NCBI GenBank assembly: GCA_028023455.1
Contig: JAQFVV010000010.1
Span: 12,772,001-12,836,000, forward strand
Origin: Epiperipatus broadwayi
Taxonomy: Eukaryota > Animalia > Onychophora
Direction of reading: 5' to 3'
Length of the DNA: 64,000 bases
Positions 37,503 to 52,027 of this stretch are shown one piece after another; position 1 is the stretch's first letter; each line of letters begins with the position of its first letter. Made by a program: the position numbers and the translations under genes. The notes beneath the pieces were generated by a model. It was not told the DNA's origin. It ran no database searches and saw only the letters and a program-made list of their open reading frames with translations.

Positions 37503-39329
37503 ATATATATATATATGTATACAAACTTTACTAATTAAATATTTTAAACATTTTATAAAATAATTGAAGTTCTTATATACACTTGATAGTTTATAATCAT
37601 GGCTTATTTTTAATAATTCCTCTTCTAGCAATAACTTTATTTTATTCTTTGAAGTATTATAGGAATGGATATATTTATTTTTAGGATAAAAAGTGTTAAA
37701 TATTTCAACTTTTAGAACAAATTATCATTCTTAATAAATCAATTTTAAATGACGAGTTTTCCTTTTAAATCATTAAAAATTTTTTAATTATCACGAGTTG
37801 ATTTGCATCTTCTTCCACTGATCTTGTGATAATTTTTAAACTAGCAGACAATTTTATAAAACTTTTAAAGTTTATGAAGAAATAATTTTATATTTTGAAC
37901 AAATATTCTTTGAATAAGTGGCAAATATTTAAAAATAATATTTCTTTTTTTAAATAAATAGTATTTATATTTTAGAATACTTTTATTCTTTTTTTTTTTT
38001 TTGCTGATAAGTAAAAAAAAATCAGACTTTATTTTGTACGTAAAGAGAAATTTTTTCTTCTCTCGTATAAAATTTTTATAATAATAAAATGGCAATATTT
38101 TGTTGTAGACTGCAATCGTATTTAAATAACCATCAATAAAATGATTATTATTATATTATTTTAAAAATATCATGTTTCCATTTATTTTGAGGTGATTTTT
38201 GAAATCATTTTGGTTAAAAAATAGAGATCCTATTTCTGGATAATTAGTGCTTGGTGGAGGGACTAATTTCACAGCCCGTTGACTTTCTATTTTATTAATT
38301 TATAAATACTTAGAAACGAACCAACTTTCTTTCTGTTATCATTACCCTTCTGACCTTTCAATTCTAATTAATTATTGGTTTAATACTATCATGTGATATT
38401 TATCCTATAACTTTGCATACCTCATAATAATAATAATATCATGTCAGATTCAATTGCTTAAAATAAATTATACAAAATATAAATATTTAAAGTGAATATT
38501 GCCATATGTGTGTGACTAAATATATGGTTGTACACACACACAACATTTGAATATTGTATTAAAATGTTAAATTATTAAATAAACACAGAAGTGCAATTTT
38601 AATTAAATAGAATCTAAAATAGTTTATAATTTTAAATTGTATTGCCTATTGAATTTAGCTACTCCTTTTAATTAAAATATTTTAAAATCTATTGAAGGAT
38701 TATTTTTTCTATAACTAAACAATAGTATACTATTTTGAGAACAATATATTTTCAGAATATATATTTTTTATTGTAGATAATCTGAGTTATCATCATCAAT
38801 CTCTGATACCTATAAGAAATTATGTTTTTTGGAACTCTTATTAATTTCATTTTTTGATTGTTTTTAATGCAATTGAAATAATTAACAAACAAAAGTATTA
38901 TCACTGAATTTGAATCTAACCCTAAGGATTATCACTAAAACCTGTTCTATCTTTTTTAAGCCATATTAATAATTTAAATTACTATTTTATTTTTCTTAAA
39001 CTCATTTAGTGCAAATAATATGATATAAAACCAGAGTTGCCAGTCTGGTCCCTATCATCCCCTAGTGGGCATTTAAAGCTTTCATATGCACAGTAAGTAT
39101 TTGCCGGATAATAAAAGAAAACCCATAGATTACTATAGATACCCAACAGACATTTAAATTTATTTGCACAGTTGCTTGTGCCTTTCATGAATTTGGATAT
39201 TGACATTCATATACAGCTTGCAGTTACCCTTTTGGTCGGCAATACAAGAAAATAGCCAATGATCTTTGTGGCTTTGTACACATGATTTGTAACAATAGTC
39301 AAACAAATTATAACAACCATGTGGCCTAC

Positions 39330-41308
39330 CTCTTTATCTAGTCCATGAATATTTGAGGTTAGTTGAATGTGATCTTATAAGGCCACTTATAAAAAGTAAC
39401 CAATTTTAACACATTTCAAAAAAAGAAATATGTCTGTGACTATTTACCAGAATACTTGAAAGTGGATTTTATCAAATCTGTATAACAAATAAATAGCTTC
39501 TGATATGTTTATTGTGCTATAAAATTTTATCAAATGAAGATAAGTTGCTTGCTTGAGCATCTTGTAGCAGAGTATCCTCAAGAAAAAGACAAAGCAATAG
39601 AATATTTTTAAAAGATTTACAAAAAAAATTCAAAATCATTCAATAATTGCATCCTTATTTCAAAAACTAAATGTAAATAATGACTTGTAAGTTATCAAAT
39701 ATCAAAATTGATAGTAAAAACTGCCACAAGCCATAATATTAGTGAAACTGTTAATTCCTTGTATCAAGGAATTTGTATCAACTCTAATCCATTATGATAT
39801 ATCTAATCTTTTTAAAAGCACACTTCGTAGTGCAAATATTGTGAAGCACTACAGTGATGAAATGGCCATCAATGTTGAAAATCAACTAATATCTTCAGTA
39901 CTAAATATTCAATGCAATTAAACAAGTCTACCATTACCGATAATAATGCTGTATTAATGACGTATGTATGATACTTTGATGAATTGAATACATTGCAGGA
40001 AGAAATGCTATTTACAAAAAATCTTGTCACAGATATGAAAAGAATAACAATATTTCAGACAATAAAAATATATTTTGAAGAAAATAATATATCTTTAACA
40101 AATATTGTTGCATGCGCTACTGATGGCCACCATCAGTGGGAGGTCACTATCATGCATTTGTTGCTTATTTGAAAGCAATACCCACTGTTTTATATATTTA
40201 TTGCATGGTATATAGACAACATCTCGTAGGAAAACATTTATGTGCAAGTCTACATTCATCTTTAAATACAGTAATTGAATCTGTAAATAAGATCTAATCA
40301 AATGCCAAAGATAATAGAATGTTTTATCAGCCTTTGCCAGTATAATAAGCAATTTGTTTGATTATTTTTACCCACAGTAGTCTGATGACTCAAAGGGTAC
40401 ATATCTGCCCAATTTATATCTTTGTACAACAGCATAATGCAGTTCTTTGAAATTAATAATGAAGATCTCTATCAACAATTAATGGCAATAAAAGATGATG
40501 CCTTTTATTTGGTGGATGTTTTCAAAAAATCATAGAAATTAATTTGCAGCTTTAAGGAATCAACATAACTCATCAATTGCAAAAACAGCATATCGTTATT
40601 TATTGAAAAACTTGATTTACTCTGATACAATCTATGACAGAGAAAATTTTATTAATTTTTTGAATTGTCTTCTTAAAAGATTATGTATTTCCAGATGACA
40701 TTAAAATATTTACTAGCCATCTTTATGAACTTAAGTCGAACATGAAGAAACAATTTCAAAATATTTTGAACTTGAAAGTACATAGATTAGATGACAAATC
40801 CCTTTACCATAAATTTTATTGGAGTTGATGTCACTTTGAAGAAGGACTATTAGAACTCAAACATGATCAAGAATGCAAAAACAATTTTGATACCAGTGGA
40901 TGCCAGAAACCCTTGCTAAATTAAAAAATATCTGCATTATATCTAAATTTGTGGGGGGAAATTTTCAACTTATTGATATTTTTTTCTACTTTCTACCTTG
41001 TCAAGTTGGATTTTAGTGGCATTAAATATATTATGAACAAACAAAGAAGCCTTCTAAATATCACTGAAAGAGGTCTTTAATTATTCTTAACAAAAGCTGA
41101 CCCAGACATCAAATATTTAGTTTCACAACATCAGCCTAAGGATCTAATTACTTTCTTTGTGCCTTAACTAAATTAATTAATATTTTCAAATTCAAAATAA
41201 ATACACTATAAATCCATTTTTGTGTAATTATCGATGAACTGTAGGGAAATTATACTTTTAACAAGAGTACAAATATGGATGGAGATAAAAAAAGGTTGAC
41301 AACCTATG
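39330..41308 (+). mobile_element. Decayed Buster-type hAT transposon (ZBED5/ZBED8-like transposase pseudogene)
   Basis: EEMLFTKNL...IVACATDG (first catalytic Asp), HC..HRQHL, C-terminal FPTFYLV..DFS...EPDIKYLVSQHQP; right TIR-like AGGTTGACAACCTATG at 41293-41308; left TIR not found. Confidence 0.82.
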
Positions 41309-44300
41309 ATATAAATCATTGAGGTGCCCTCTGTTAGCTAAACAGGAATTATGATTTATTAAATGTTACATAATTATTGCTAATTAATCAAAACATCAAT
41401 AGATTATTAAAACATTTTTTAATAATTAGCTCATATCTAATGAATCATTATTTTATATTTAGCTAATTAGAGGAGATTTTCTATTATATATTTGATGTTT
41501 AATAGCTATTTAATATAATAAATTAAATTGATAAGTATAAATATAATCAAATCCTCCTAAATATACTATTTTCTAAAAGTGATATTAATATGTTAATATT
41601 TATTTGATATGTTTTATATATATTAAAAACATCATAATTCTTCATTGTTGTTATTTTAGATACAAGTATTTCCTTGCTTTTACATTGTCCAATTTTTCTA
41701 GCCAAATCCTGTACAAGTTTTTCCTAAGAAAATATTTGCAAATGTAAATATGATTTTGTTGTGCTTGTGATTAAAACAAATGTTATGATTTATTTATTTT
41801 TAAGCTATGTGTATTTAAAAAATTGCTTTTGTTTTATATTAAAGTTTTCTTACAAATCATTTTGTTTTGTTTTAATTAAATTGTTATAGTTTATATATAT
41901 AACATGATAATTTAATATGATTTAAATTTCTTGAAATTTACATATTAATATTTTGTTATCTTGTGGAAAAGTTTGGTCTCAGGAGCAGACTTATTATACT
42001 CAAGAGTTAAAAGTTTCTAAATGAAGCTCAACCTATTATCTCTGGTATTCTAATTTCACATGATATTTTAAGCTGCTAACTTCCAATTTTTTTTTTTATA
42101 TTGTAAATAATATTGATGATGATAATAATAGTTTTTGATGACTTTTCAAACAGTAGTTAAGTATTTAGATGAATAGCTTTACTCATGGCTGAAATTATCA
42201 GCAATAACTAGTCATATTTCTATTAGCACCTGATGCTTCATCTTTTCTATTTTATAATACAAAACTTTTTCAAAAGATATTATTTCTTAACATAGAATTT
42301 ATCTTTTTGCAGATCACCTCTATATTAGGATGTCGTTTTCAAACAGCTTTTCCAATTAGTAGGATTAATGAAAAGTTAAATAAAAATTCCTAGAAAATAT
42401 TTTAATAATTTAGTTTTGATTTGTCTCTTCTCCTTGAATCAATCTACTAAAATATGTTTACTTGTTTTTTTTTAGAAATGTGGCTTTTTTTTATTTTTCT
42501 GAAAATACCAACTAATTTAATTTTCTATTTAAGAATGATGCAATTCTGAACAGTTTTTTCAATTAGACTAATAGAAAAATTTTCAGAGATGTCTTTCAGA
42601 TATTCTTAGATATATAGTTTTGTTTCTGAGGTTCAATGATTTCTTGTTACTCAATTTATTTAGGAATTGGTCTATTATTAATTCTTTTACATTTCAATTA
42701 ACCTTTTATATGGAATAATGCCCTGAGAGATATAAATTTAACATCCTATTGTACCTCTCTATTGTTTGGTATGGTGCTTGAATGTTTGTAATTGTCGGCC
42801 ACAAGATAGTGCAGATTGAAGCTCCAACTCATGGTTTCATCTTATGAGAAGCTAGGAGCACATGCTTGATAATTTATTTAAATGTTAGTATTGTTACCCA
42901 TCATTTTCTCTTTGATAATTTAGCAAATGTATTATTTTTCTTCTAAACAATAATTTGTTGGTTAATCAAGAGGAAATATATTTTGTGACTGTAGAAATTG
43001 GAGTAGGTTGTATTCATTTAAAGTATATAGTTATTTTTTCAAGCATCACAGACTTCTTAAAACTTCTATTTAATGACATAAAATTATATACTCTAGTCAT
43101 GTTGCAAAGCAATAATTTTAGAATAGTTTTGTGTCACAAGAGTTGCGACTTCAGTTTATAAGTGATGTCTTATAACATTAATTATCCAAATGTATAGTAT
43201 GAAATATGTTCTAAAGATAGTGGGAATAAGAACACTACTTTATTTAACTTTATAATTAATTATAATAAAGTTATTAAATATAATTTATCAAGTTAAATGT
43301 TGGTTTTCACAGTTTCATGGAAAAACATAATCAGCCTGAATTATATTAGTGGTTATTTAATGCTTTTTAATATCTTGTAAAGTTCCTATATACTTTTAAG
43401 TATTGAAGGCTTTTGCTAGGTCATATGCATTAAATTGTTGTTTTACTATATCTCATACTTTGAGGGGTTTTACAGTTGTGAAAATTATATCAATGGTTGA
43501 ACACCAATTTTTAAAACAATATTGTAGCTTTGGAAATAAAAAAATTTCAGTGAATTTATGAAAGTATATTGAGTTAAAATTTATGAATTTACATTATAAT
43601 AACTATTGCAAAATTCTTGCTTGTATCATGTAAGAGGAAAATAACTATAATGATTGCATTCACCTTTATCAGCTTTTATCTTTAAGAATGTTAATATTTT
43701 TTTCATATTAAATATACATTGAGATATCTTATTTTTATATTTCTAGATCACTAGGGCATAAAAGTATTTAATTTTTCTTAAGAATTTCAACAAAAATGTT
43801 ATCGTTCTTTTCATTTTGAGAATGTTATTTTTCATGGTGATTTCATAAAAATTTTTTTAGATTTGATATGATTCAAGCACTTTAAGATACACAGAGCATG
43901 AAATCATCATTTGTTCTCATCATATAATATTGAAAAATGTTTGATTCATCTCTCAAACTTCACCACAAGCAGATTTTATAGAAATTATATTGGTGAAACT
44001 TCTTCTAAGAGCTATTCTTATATTTTTATATACTGATTTTGTTTTCTCTACATCAACAGCTTTCTGAATTGCAAAGCAAAAATTTATACAATAATTATTT
44101 TTTTATTTCTAGATTATTGATGCATTATTAATTTTATATTCAGGAGATAGAATTTTATGAAGAATTTATTAGCAATTCAATTAAAGCTAATGAAAATATA
44201 GTAGTGTTATGGATTTTGGCTTGCAGGGTATTTCAGATTTCTTTATAGTGCTTTTGTTTTTCTTCTTTTCCCCTGACAATTTTTTTTTTAATGTGTGGTT

Positions 44301-44539
44301 ATTTTTTGAAAATTTCAAATTCCTGATAATCAATCCTAAATTTTTGGCTTTTTAAAAATTAAGTGCAAGATTTACTTTAATATAGATATCTCACAATTCA
44401 TGCTAGGCAATGTTATAATTCATTGGTCAACATGATTTTTATAATATTAATAAAAATGCTCTTTTTGTGCTTCATTTAGATAGTTATTAAAACACCATTT
44501 CATATATATGTCCTACCACATCACATTTTCGAATATCTG

Positions 44540-46111
44540 TTTGTTCCTTATATGATGGGATTATTAAAATTATTTGTATCTGGCTTTATCCAATTTGGGA
44601 AGAATTACCACGAGAGGTGACATAGGTAGTTCCAATGTATTCTATGAATTTTTAAGGGCCCTTGTATGTTTCTTCAACTTCCTGAGATTACCAGTAGTGA
44701 CCCTACATTTTTACAAATTACTAGTGAACCTCACTTAATAACTCAGAATGAATTAAATGATTTGGTACATGACCTGGGTTTATCAAAACAAAAATCTGAA
44801 CTTCTTGGTTCCCGACTTCAAGAGTGGAATCTGTTAGATAAAAATGTCTTTCACTTTACCAAAAACGGAATAAAACATTTTCAAAATTTTATAAAATAGG
44901 ATTGCTATGTGTCTGTTATGAGCTTCATATGGAAGATGTACCTTCCGAATGGTGTATTTTCATAGATTCAACTAAATACAGCCTTAAAACAGTCTTACTT
45001 CATAATGGAAACAGAAAACTATCTATTCCTTTAGCTCATTCAGTGACAATGAAAGAAAACTATAAAAACTACCATACTAAATCAAGTTAAATATGAACAG
45101 TATCAGTGGGATATTTGTGGAGATCTAAAAGTGTTAGGTATATTGCTAGAGCTTCAAGGTTTTTTTTACAAAGTATTGTTTTTTTGTGTCCATAGGACAG
45201 TCTAGCAATACAAGAACATTTCATTAAGAAAGCTTGGCCTCGTAGAACTTCTTTTGAACCAGGTACTGCAAATATAAAACATGCTCCCCCTTGTTAACCC
45301 AAAAAAGTACTTCTCCCATTTCTCCATATTAATTTTGAACTAATGAAAAACTTTGTTAAAGCTATGGAGAAAGAAGATAATAGTTTCAAGTACCTAAAAG
45401 AAATATTTCCCCAGTTAAGTGATGCAAAACTATAAGAAGGCATTTTTATCGGATCTCAAATAAGGAAACTTTTAAGTGATTCTCTTTTTCAAAAAGAATT
45501 AAATGACAAGGAATTGGCAGCTTGGAACTGTTTTGTAAGTGTAGTGAAGGAATTTCTGGGTAACAAGAAAGATGAGAAACTATAAAATCCTCATGGATGA
45601 ACTTTTAAAAGCCTATGAACTACTAGGATGTCGCATGTCCTTAAAAATGCGTTTTTTGCACTCGCATTTGGATTTTTCCACAAAATTTGGACATATTAAG
45701 CAGTGAACAAGGAGAGAGATTTCACCAGGACAATGGAAGTATGATACCAGGGATTCTGGAACCCATCTATGTTAGGCAACTACTGCTGGTTTTTAAAAAG
45801 AGAAGATTGTACTGAACAAAGGAGAAAAAAAGTGAAATATTTTGTCGCTATTTGGTATCTTAATGTAACATTTTATAATTTGTATTGCACATGATCCTTA
45901 GTCAAATGTCTTTTCTTATATTTAACATGTTTTACATATTTTTATTAAACAAACATTACAAAAATGTCTTTTTAATCCGACCACCCAACCCCTGTAAAAA
46001 AAAAAAAACTATTTAGCATATACCATTTTTGGATTTAGGACCACAAAATACTTTATATACAGCTATTTTCATCAATGTTACTTCAAAACAGTTTAAATTA
46101 ATTGACCAGTG
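44540..46111 (+). mobile_element. Decayed DNA transposon, probably Chapaev3 (CMC)
   Basis: ITQNELNDLVHDLGLSKQKSELLGSRLQEWNLL, WCIFIDSTKYSLKTVLLHNGN, ICGDLKV, SEQGERFHQD, YCWFLKRE motifs; right end ...TGACCAGTG consistent with CACTG termini. Superfamily assignment is from memory. Confidence 0.72.
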
Positions 46112-49100
46112 AACCACTAGAGATCACATGATCACCATATTTTGACAGTAATCAGGTGCTGTTCGTGAGTTAGTCACTGATGCCAGTGACAAGATCTAGA
46201 ATGGTTCCTAAACACATATGGATGCATCTTTTTTGAAATCAATTAGGCTGTTAGTTATGTAAATGTTTTCTGACTAGATTAATTTATTTTACCAATGCCA
46301 GCATGGTCACAGATCCAGCATATTCATTAAAATCTTCAAAACAAATGATTTTTCTCATTTTGAAAAGGAATTAAACATTTAAGTGCATATGATATGGTAT
46401 TAAATATCTTTGATAAAATTTAAAAAAGTATCAAGGGAAGACAGTTATAATGGGATAAGTGAAAATACTCGTATTTCATTTACATATGTGTGTTTCTATA
46501 TTTAAAGCACAATAGGTTTTGATTTATTAAATTTGATTTTAGAATTGTTGATCTTAGTTATAAAAGTTAGGTGTTGTTTTTTGAATTTCTTATTTAATAA
46601 AACTTTGCTGAGTTTATTAATTATAATAGACAATACATTGGTAGATGGTCGTAGATTTGAACCTGACTTTTTACTTCGAAATGTAAAAAATATATGGGAA
46701 TAATATATGGTTTTGGGGCAAAGTGTTAAATATGTGTAGAGATTTTTTTTTTTCAAAAAAAGTTCATTTAAAATTAGAAAGGAGAAAAATATTCATAATT
46801 TGGTTTAAAAAATGGAAGTCAAGTCAAATATTCAGAAGATAAAATAAATTGATAGTATGAAATAACTGATAACTTCATTTAATTTTTGCAACTCATGAAA
46901 TCAGAAAAACATAAAAGGAATGGAAATTAAAATTGTGAAGAACAATAAATTAAAATATATACTTATTTACAAACTTAAATAATATAAAAAATTCTAAAGC
47001 TAGCATGCTGATATCAATAATTATGACATTTTAACATTATATTAAAGATTTTTCAGTTGAAAAAAATGTTTAAAGGTAACATTCAAATTCATTGTAAATA
47101 AATTATATTCACAAAAAAGAATAACACTGCATTCTCTTTTCGTAAATCATTTAGAATTTTTTTTATTATGTTTAAAGTTAAAAAGAAAGGTTTAGTTTTT
47201 TAACATTGAAAGTCAATAAATAATATCTGTTTTCTAATTATGCAGTCATTTAATAAGTAAGTCTTTTAGGTCCAAAATTTAATTTTACAACAAAAAAGGT
47301 TTATGGTATTAATAATTTTCTATACAATTGCTTTTAACATTATACCAATTTTCTAAACCTTCTGCAACAGAACAAGCTTTGAAATTATTAAGTTGAGATT
47401 CAATAGAAATATTTGTGCCTTTCACCGAACATATCTGCACAGAATCATACAATTCCTATATAAAATTAAGAACTTTTTGTGAATTTTAGTTTCAACTAAA
47501 TGAGTATAAATACACTTTCATATAACTCTGTCCCTACTAAGTTGAAGTTATATGAGCTTGAATACTATTATATGAAGAATTAATATTTGTATTAGATATG
47601 TTTATGTGATGTGCACATAAATATATACATATAACTTTGCTGTTAAGAATATGGCTATTTAGAAACACATGAATTGATAAATAATATATTTGTGTGTGAT
47701 TTTGTAATTATAAATGCATTAACATGAATGTAGACTATATACTCTGTAAAAAAAATATTCAAGTTAATTGTACACTAACATTTTTTTAGAAATACAGCAT
47801 TGTGACATTTTTTGATGTATATTTAGAGACATACACATATAGATGCATCTACAAAATCAAGATAAATAATTAATACTAAAGATGTTTAATAGCATACATA
47901 ATATGTCTCGGAGAAGAGATTACTGGTGACAGGTTCCCTTTCTAAACTGGATTATAAGTTATGAGATGTGACAGTTTGTTTCATATCTTAATCTATAATA
48001 GAATAATGAACTAAATTAGGTAAAACTATTATTGAAATGATTGAAGTTTAGTAGGGCAATGAAGCCATGAATATAAGGTTTTCATGTGAATTTCATAATG
48101 ACAGGAAGAAAAGATATGAAACATAGTTACGTTTTATGGCATAACTTGTAATTTTTTGTGGTAAATAGCCAAATTATGTTGCTACATAACATGTTATTTT
48201 AAAGATAGCATTGCATGTAGTTTGGAAAGATAACCAGTAACTTATTTCTGGGATACACTATATTTAAAATGATTTTGGTACTTATACTGAGGTAAACATA
48301 GATGGAACATCTTTTGAATCTAGTGCAGAATAAATGTCCAAGAGTCCTTGAAATAGTGAATAAGAAAGCATTTTTCCAATTTCCCAAGTGTAAGACTTTG
48401 AATGTGTTTCCATCCTTGTCTTACTCTAATTAAGAATAGCTAGACACCCATTTACTAACCATTACTGGTTGGTTAACTAGTTTGGCTATGGGCCTGCTTT
48501 CTGAAAAAAAAATCTATTTGATTGAAACTAAAAAATGTTCAAGTTTTACCCAGCTCAGATTCAAACTCATGGCAATGGTAAGAGAGGGCATTACCATTCA
48601 CACTAAATACAGCTATATAAATTTCACCACGTTTTTAGAAATTAGTATTTTTTCTGAACCAAACTTTTATGTACATAAAAAAGATATCCACCAACATTTT
48701 GATTATTTTACATAATTGTTGAAAATGCATAATTTGTTGAAACATAAAAACGAAAATATATAAATTAAAAAATATCAAAACATATGTATATATAAAAAAA
48801 AAAGTAAAATATTTTACAAAAAGTAATTTTCTTTTTTAAATGGAGAATGAAAAGAAAGAATTATGGAAGGAAACTTGAGATCTCCGAGTTCAAATCCCTG
48901 CTATTTACATTAAGTTCAATGTAGATTATAGTTATATTTAAATATTATACCTATACACATTTGTTGTGGTCTTTAAGTACACTGAATGCAGTAAGATGAC
49001 GGCTAGACGAAAGATTTAGTATGGCTCTCTTTTTATAAGAAATATGAATTAAAAAAAAATAGATCCAAGTACAAGAAATGTGGTGTAATTGGAAGATCAA

Positions 49101-49159
49101 GTATAAAAAATGGAGAATCATTCCAATATAATAAAGATGTTAATGTTATTACTTTTTGT

Positions 49160-49925
49160 AATATTTTAAACGGCATTAAACTGTTGCACATGCGCTTTGG
49201 ATTTTAACTATAAAATGAATGAATACAAACACTTCAAACACATGATAAAGTCTTTGGAAAAGATAGAATGGCCATCTATCTTTTCGAACCCAAACGCTTT
49301 TGTATGGGCGAATCTTAAGTGTTTGAAAGTGAAAGCATGAAGATATTAAATAATCACTTTAAATTACTTTTACATACTTGATTGAATGACGCTGGTGAAA
49401 TTTATTAGAATTTACGATACATCATTATTTGAAATTAAATGTATGTAAATAAGTCAATTATTTTATATAGCGCAATGTTTTACAAACTGTAATATTTTAA
49501 ACAGCATTAAACTGTTAAAATCCAAAGCGCATGTGCAACAATTTAATGCTGTTTAAAATATTACAGTTTGTAAAACATCACACTATATAAAATAATTGAC
49601 TTGTTTACATACATTTAATTTCAAATAATAATGACGTATCGTAAATTCTAATAAATTTCACCAGCGTCATTCAATCAAGCATGTTAAAAGTAATTTAAAG
49701 TGATTATTTAATATCTTCACGCTTTCACTTTCAAACACTTAAGATTCGCCCATACAAAAGCGTTTGGGTTCGAAAAGATAGATGGCCATTCTATCTTTTC
49801 CAAAGACTTTATCATGTGTTTGTATTCATTCATTTTATAGTTAAAATCCAAAGCGCATGTGCAACAGTTTAATGCTGTTTAAAATATTACAGTTTGTAAA
49901 ACATCGCGCTATATAAAATAGTTGA
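49160..49925. mobile_element. Fold-back insertion of a ~330-bp tandem monomer (family D)
   Basis: Left arm 49157-49515 (period 331), right arm 49515-49925 in opposite orientation (period ~326); 15-bp TSD GTTATTACTTTTTGT (49145-49159, 49926-49940). Confidence 0.85.
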
Positions 49926-50533
49926 GTTATTACTTTTTGTGAATGCCCTTTTTTTAAAATTAAACTATATTATAAAATTTACTGTTTTTATATATGCTAT
50001 TTTAAATTTCAACCATTTTTACAAATAAAAGAAAAAAAATATTTGTAAAACTTTAAACAAAAATGTATAATTCAATATATTTGAATAGTTTTGCACTTGA
50101 TACTAAAATAAACAAATCTGTAATTACTTTTATTTAAAATAATCCCATGGCTTTGCATGTGTTTAGTAGAGTAAAAATATAACAGAATATGTAGCTATTC
50201 TTATGGCTTATATATTTACATATTATTTTAATGAAATAATGCATGTGTTACTAATATGTCCAAAAATATAACTTTATGACCTTTCTATAGTATGTATTTC
50301 AATAAGCACCACAACACACTAATTTTTCAAATGTTTAGATGCTATACATGAAATTCAATTAATTGAAATATATTTGTGAAATCAAATTTTACATCACTTT
50401 ACCCAAAATTATAATTCCGTTTCTGTAATATGTATTTCAATACATAGGCCATATCTTATATTTACAAAATCAAATTTTATCTCACTTCACCTAAAACTAT
50501 AATTTTCTTCATTTCTGTAGTATTTCAAAATAC

Positions 50534-52027
50534 TATAACAAAACCCATACCTCTCACTAGACAGGTGTACACTACTGAATATGTATATATGATGTATCAA
50601 TATACGTGCCTATGTATTTTTATTTAATTAAGTGGTTTTGACCTAAAATATTATTATTCAAAACTTATGGATTTATTCTCACAACTGTAATATATCCCCA
50701 ACACGTATTTATGGTCATCCGAAGGACACCAAGTGCCAATCCTATAAGAATTATGCGAAGTGGATATATTACAAACAAGAAAGTTACTATTTACGTAATG
50801 TGAGAGAGGTTTAAGGCCATCAGCTAGCTCAGTCACATGGTCGGGTGGCGTCACAGCCGGGAGTAGCTACGAATGGGATTAAGAGTTCTTTCTCTTTTTT
50901 TTTTAAACATAAAAAAAAATAATAATAATAACTAGATAAATGGATCTATAAATAAACAACTAATTCAACACTCTACTTTCTTTGTATATTTATTTAATAT
51001 TATAAAAAAAAATGTATTTATTACTCTGTCATTTCAAATCGCACACATATGTCATTCTTTCCAATAGATCTCTCATACATATCTCAAGTAGTGAAGGTCA
51101 ATACTACGAAAAAGTTTGTATCATGTGACTTTTGACACTAATTACTTTATTACATCCGTAATGGAATGAGGCTTTAATTAAATCTTATTAAATTAGTTCA
51201 TACACCCCCTTCACTTATTATTGCAAGTACAAAATTTCCTTTTTCATAAAGAAAATTTTAAAAAAATCAATAATTAAAGTTCGTTACCTGGCTTTCCCCG
51301 GGGAAGTAGTAGAAGCAGATTTATTTATTTATTAAAGAGTTCCGTTCCACAGGTAAATCAAGGCAAAGGTTTGAGATCTTTATGTCCATGGTCTGGCGAG
51401 GTTCATCCTGGTTACACGTTGGGAATTATGTGTTGTTTGAGGCATCATGGTTTTATTGGTCGAGGCAACTGCAGCAGGTTGGGATTGAGGGTTTGAATCT
51501 GATGCGGCCTTCTCTTACCCCGTCATTTCTTTTGAAATTGCCATTATATAAGCTAAATATTTAAAACCTTTTAGGTGTTCATGGTTGTAGCTCTGCCGGA
51601 AAAAGATGAAATGCATTCTGGTTGGCTCGCTTTTATAGCCCCTCCATTTGTTCTAGAAGCTTCTTTTTTATCTCACTTCCGATTTTCAATGTGGACTAAC
51701 CAGATCTGTTAGACATGTGAAAACTCGTGTCGTAGCTTCTATTGTAATATAACAAAAAAATGGAATCTCATTCTGCCGGATACCTCTAGTTTTTAAAGCG
51801 TGAAACAAAATCTCGTTTCTCTCTTTTCACTACTTAATTCATTCATACACGCATTTGTCACACACACATATATATCATTTAAAAATGACAGAGTCCCTCC
51901 CCTTGCATTTGTGTATTTGTAACCACCACCACGTAATAAAAAAAAATTAAATATATATATCTATGTCTACATATGTTTACCGATTAAATAAATTATTTGT
52001 GACTGGGTTCGAACCCATTCTGTCACA
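50534..52027 (-). repeat. 3' LTR (1494 bp)
   Basis: Colinear, highly similar copy of 53400-54895. Confidence 0.9.

Noticed and set aside
51284-51310. TTACCTGGC resembling the U1 snRNA 5' end
   Set aside because: The rest of U1 is absent; it is simply a minus-strand CAG|GTAA donor-like site inside an LTR.
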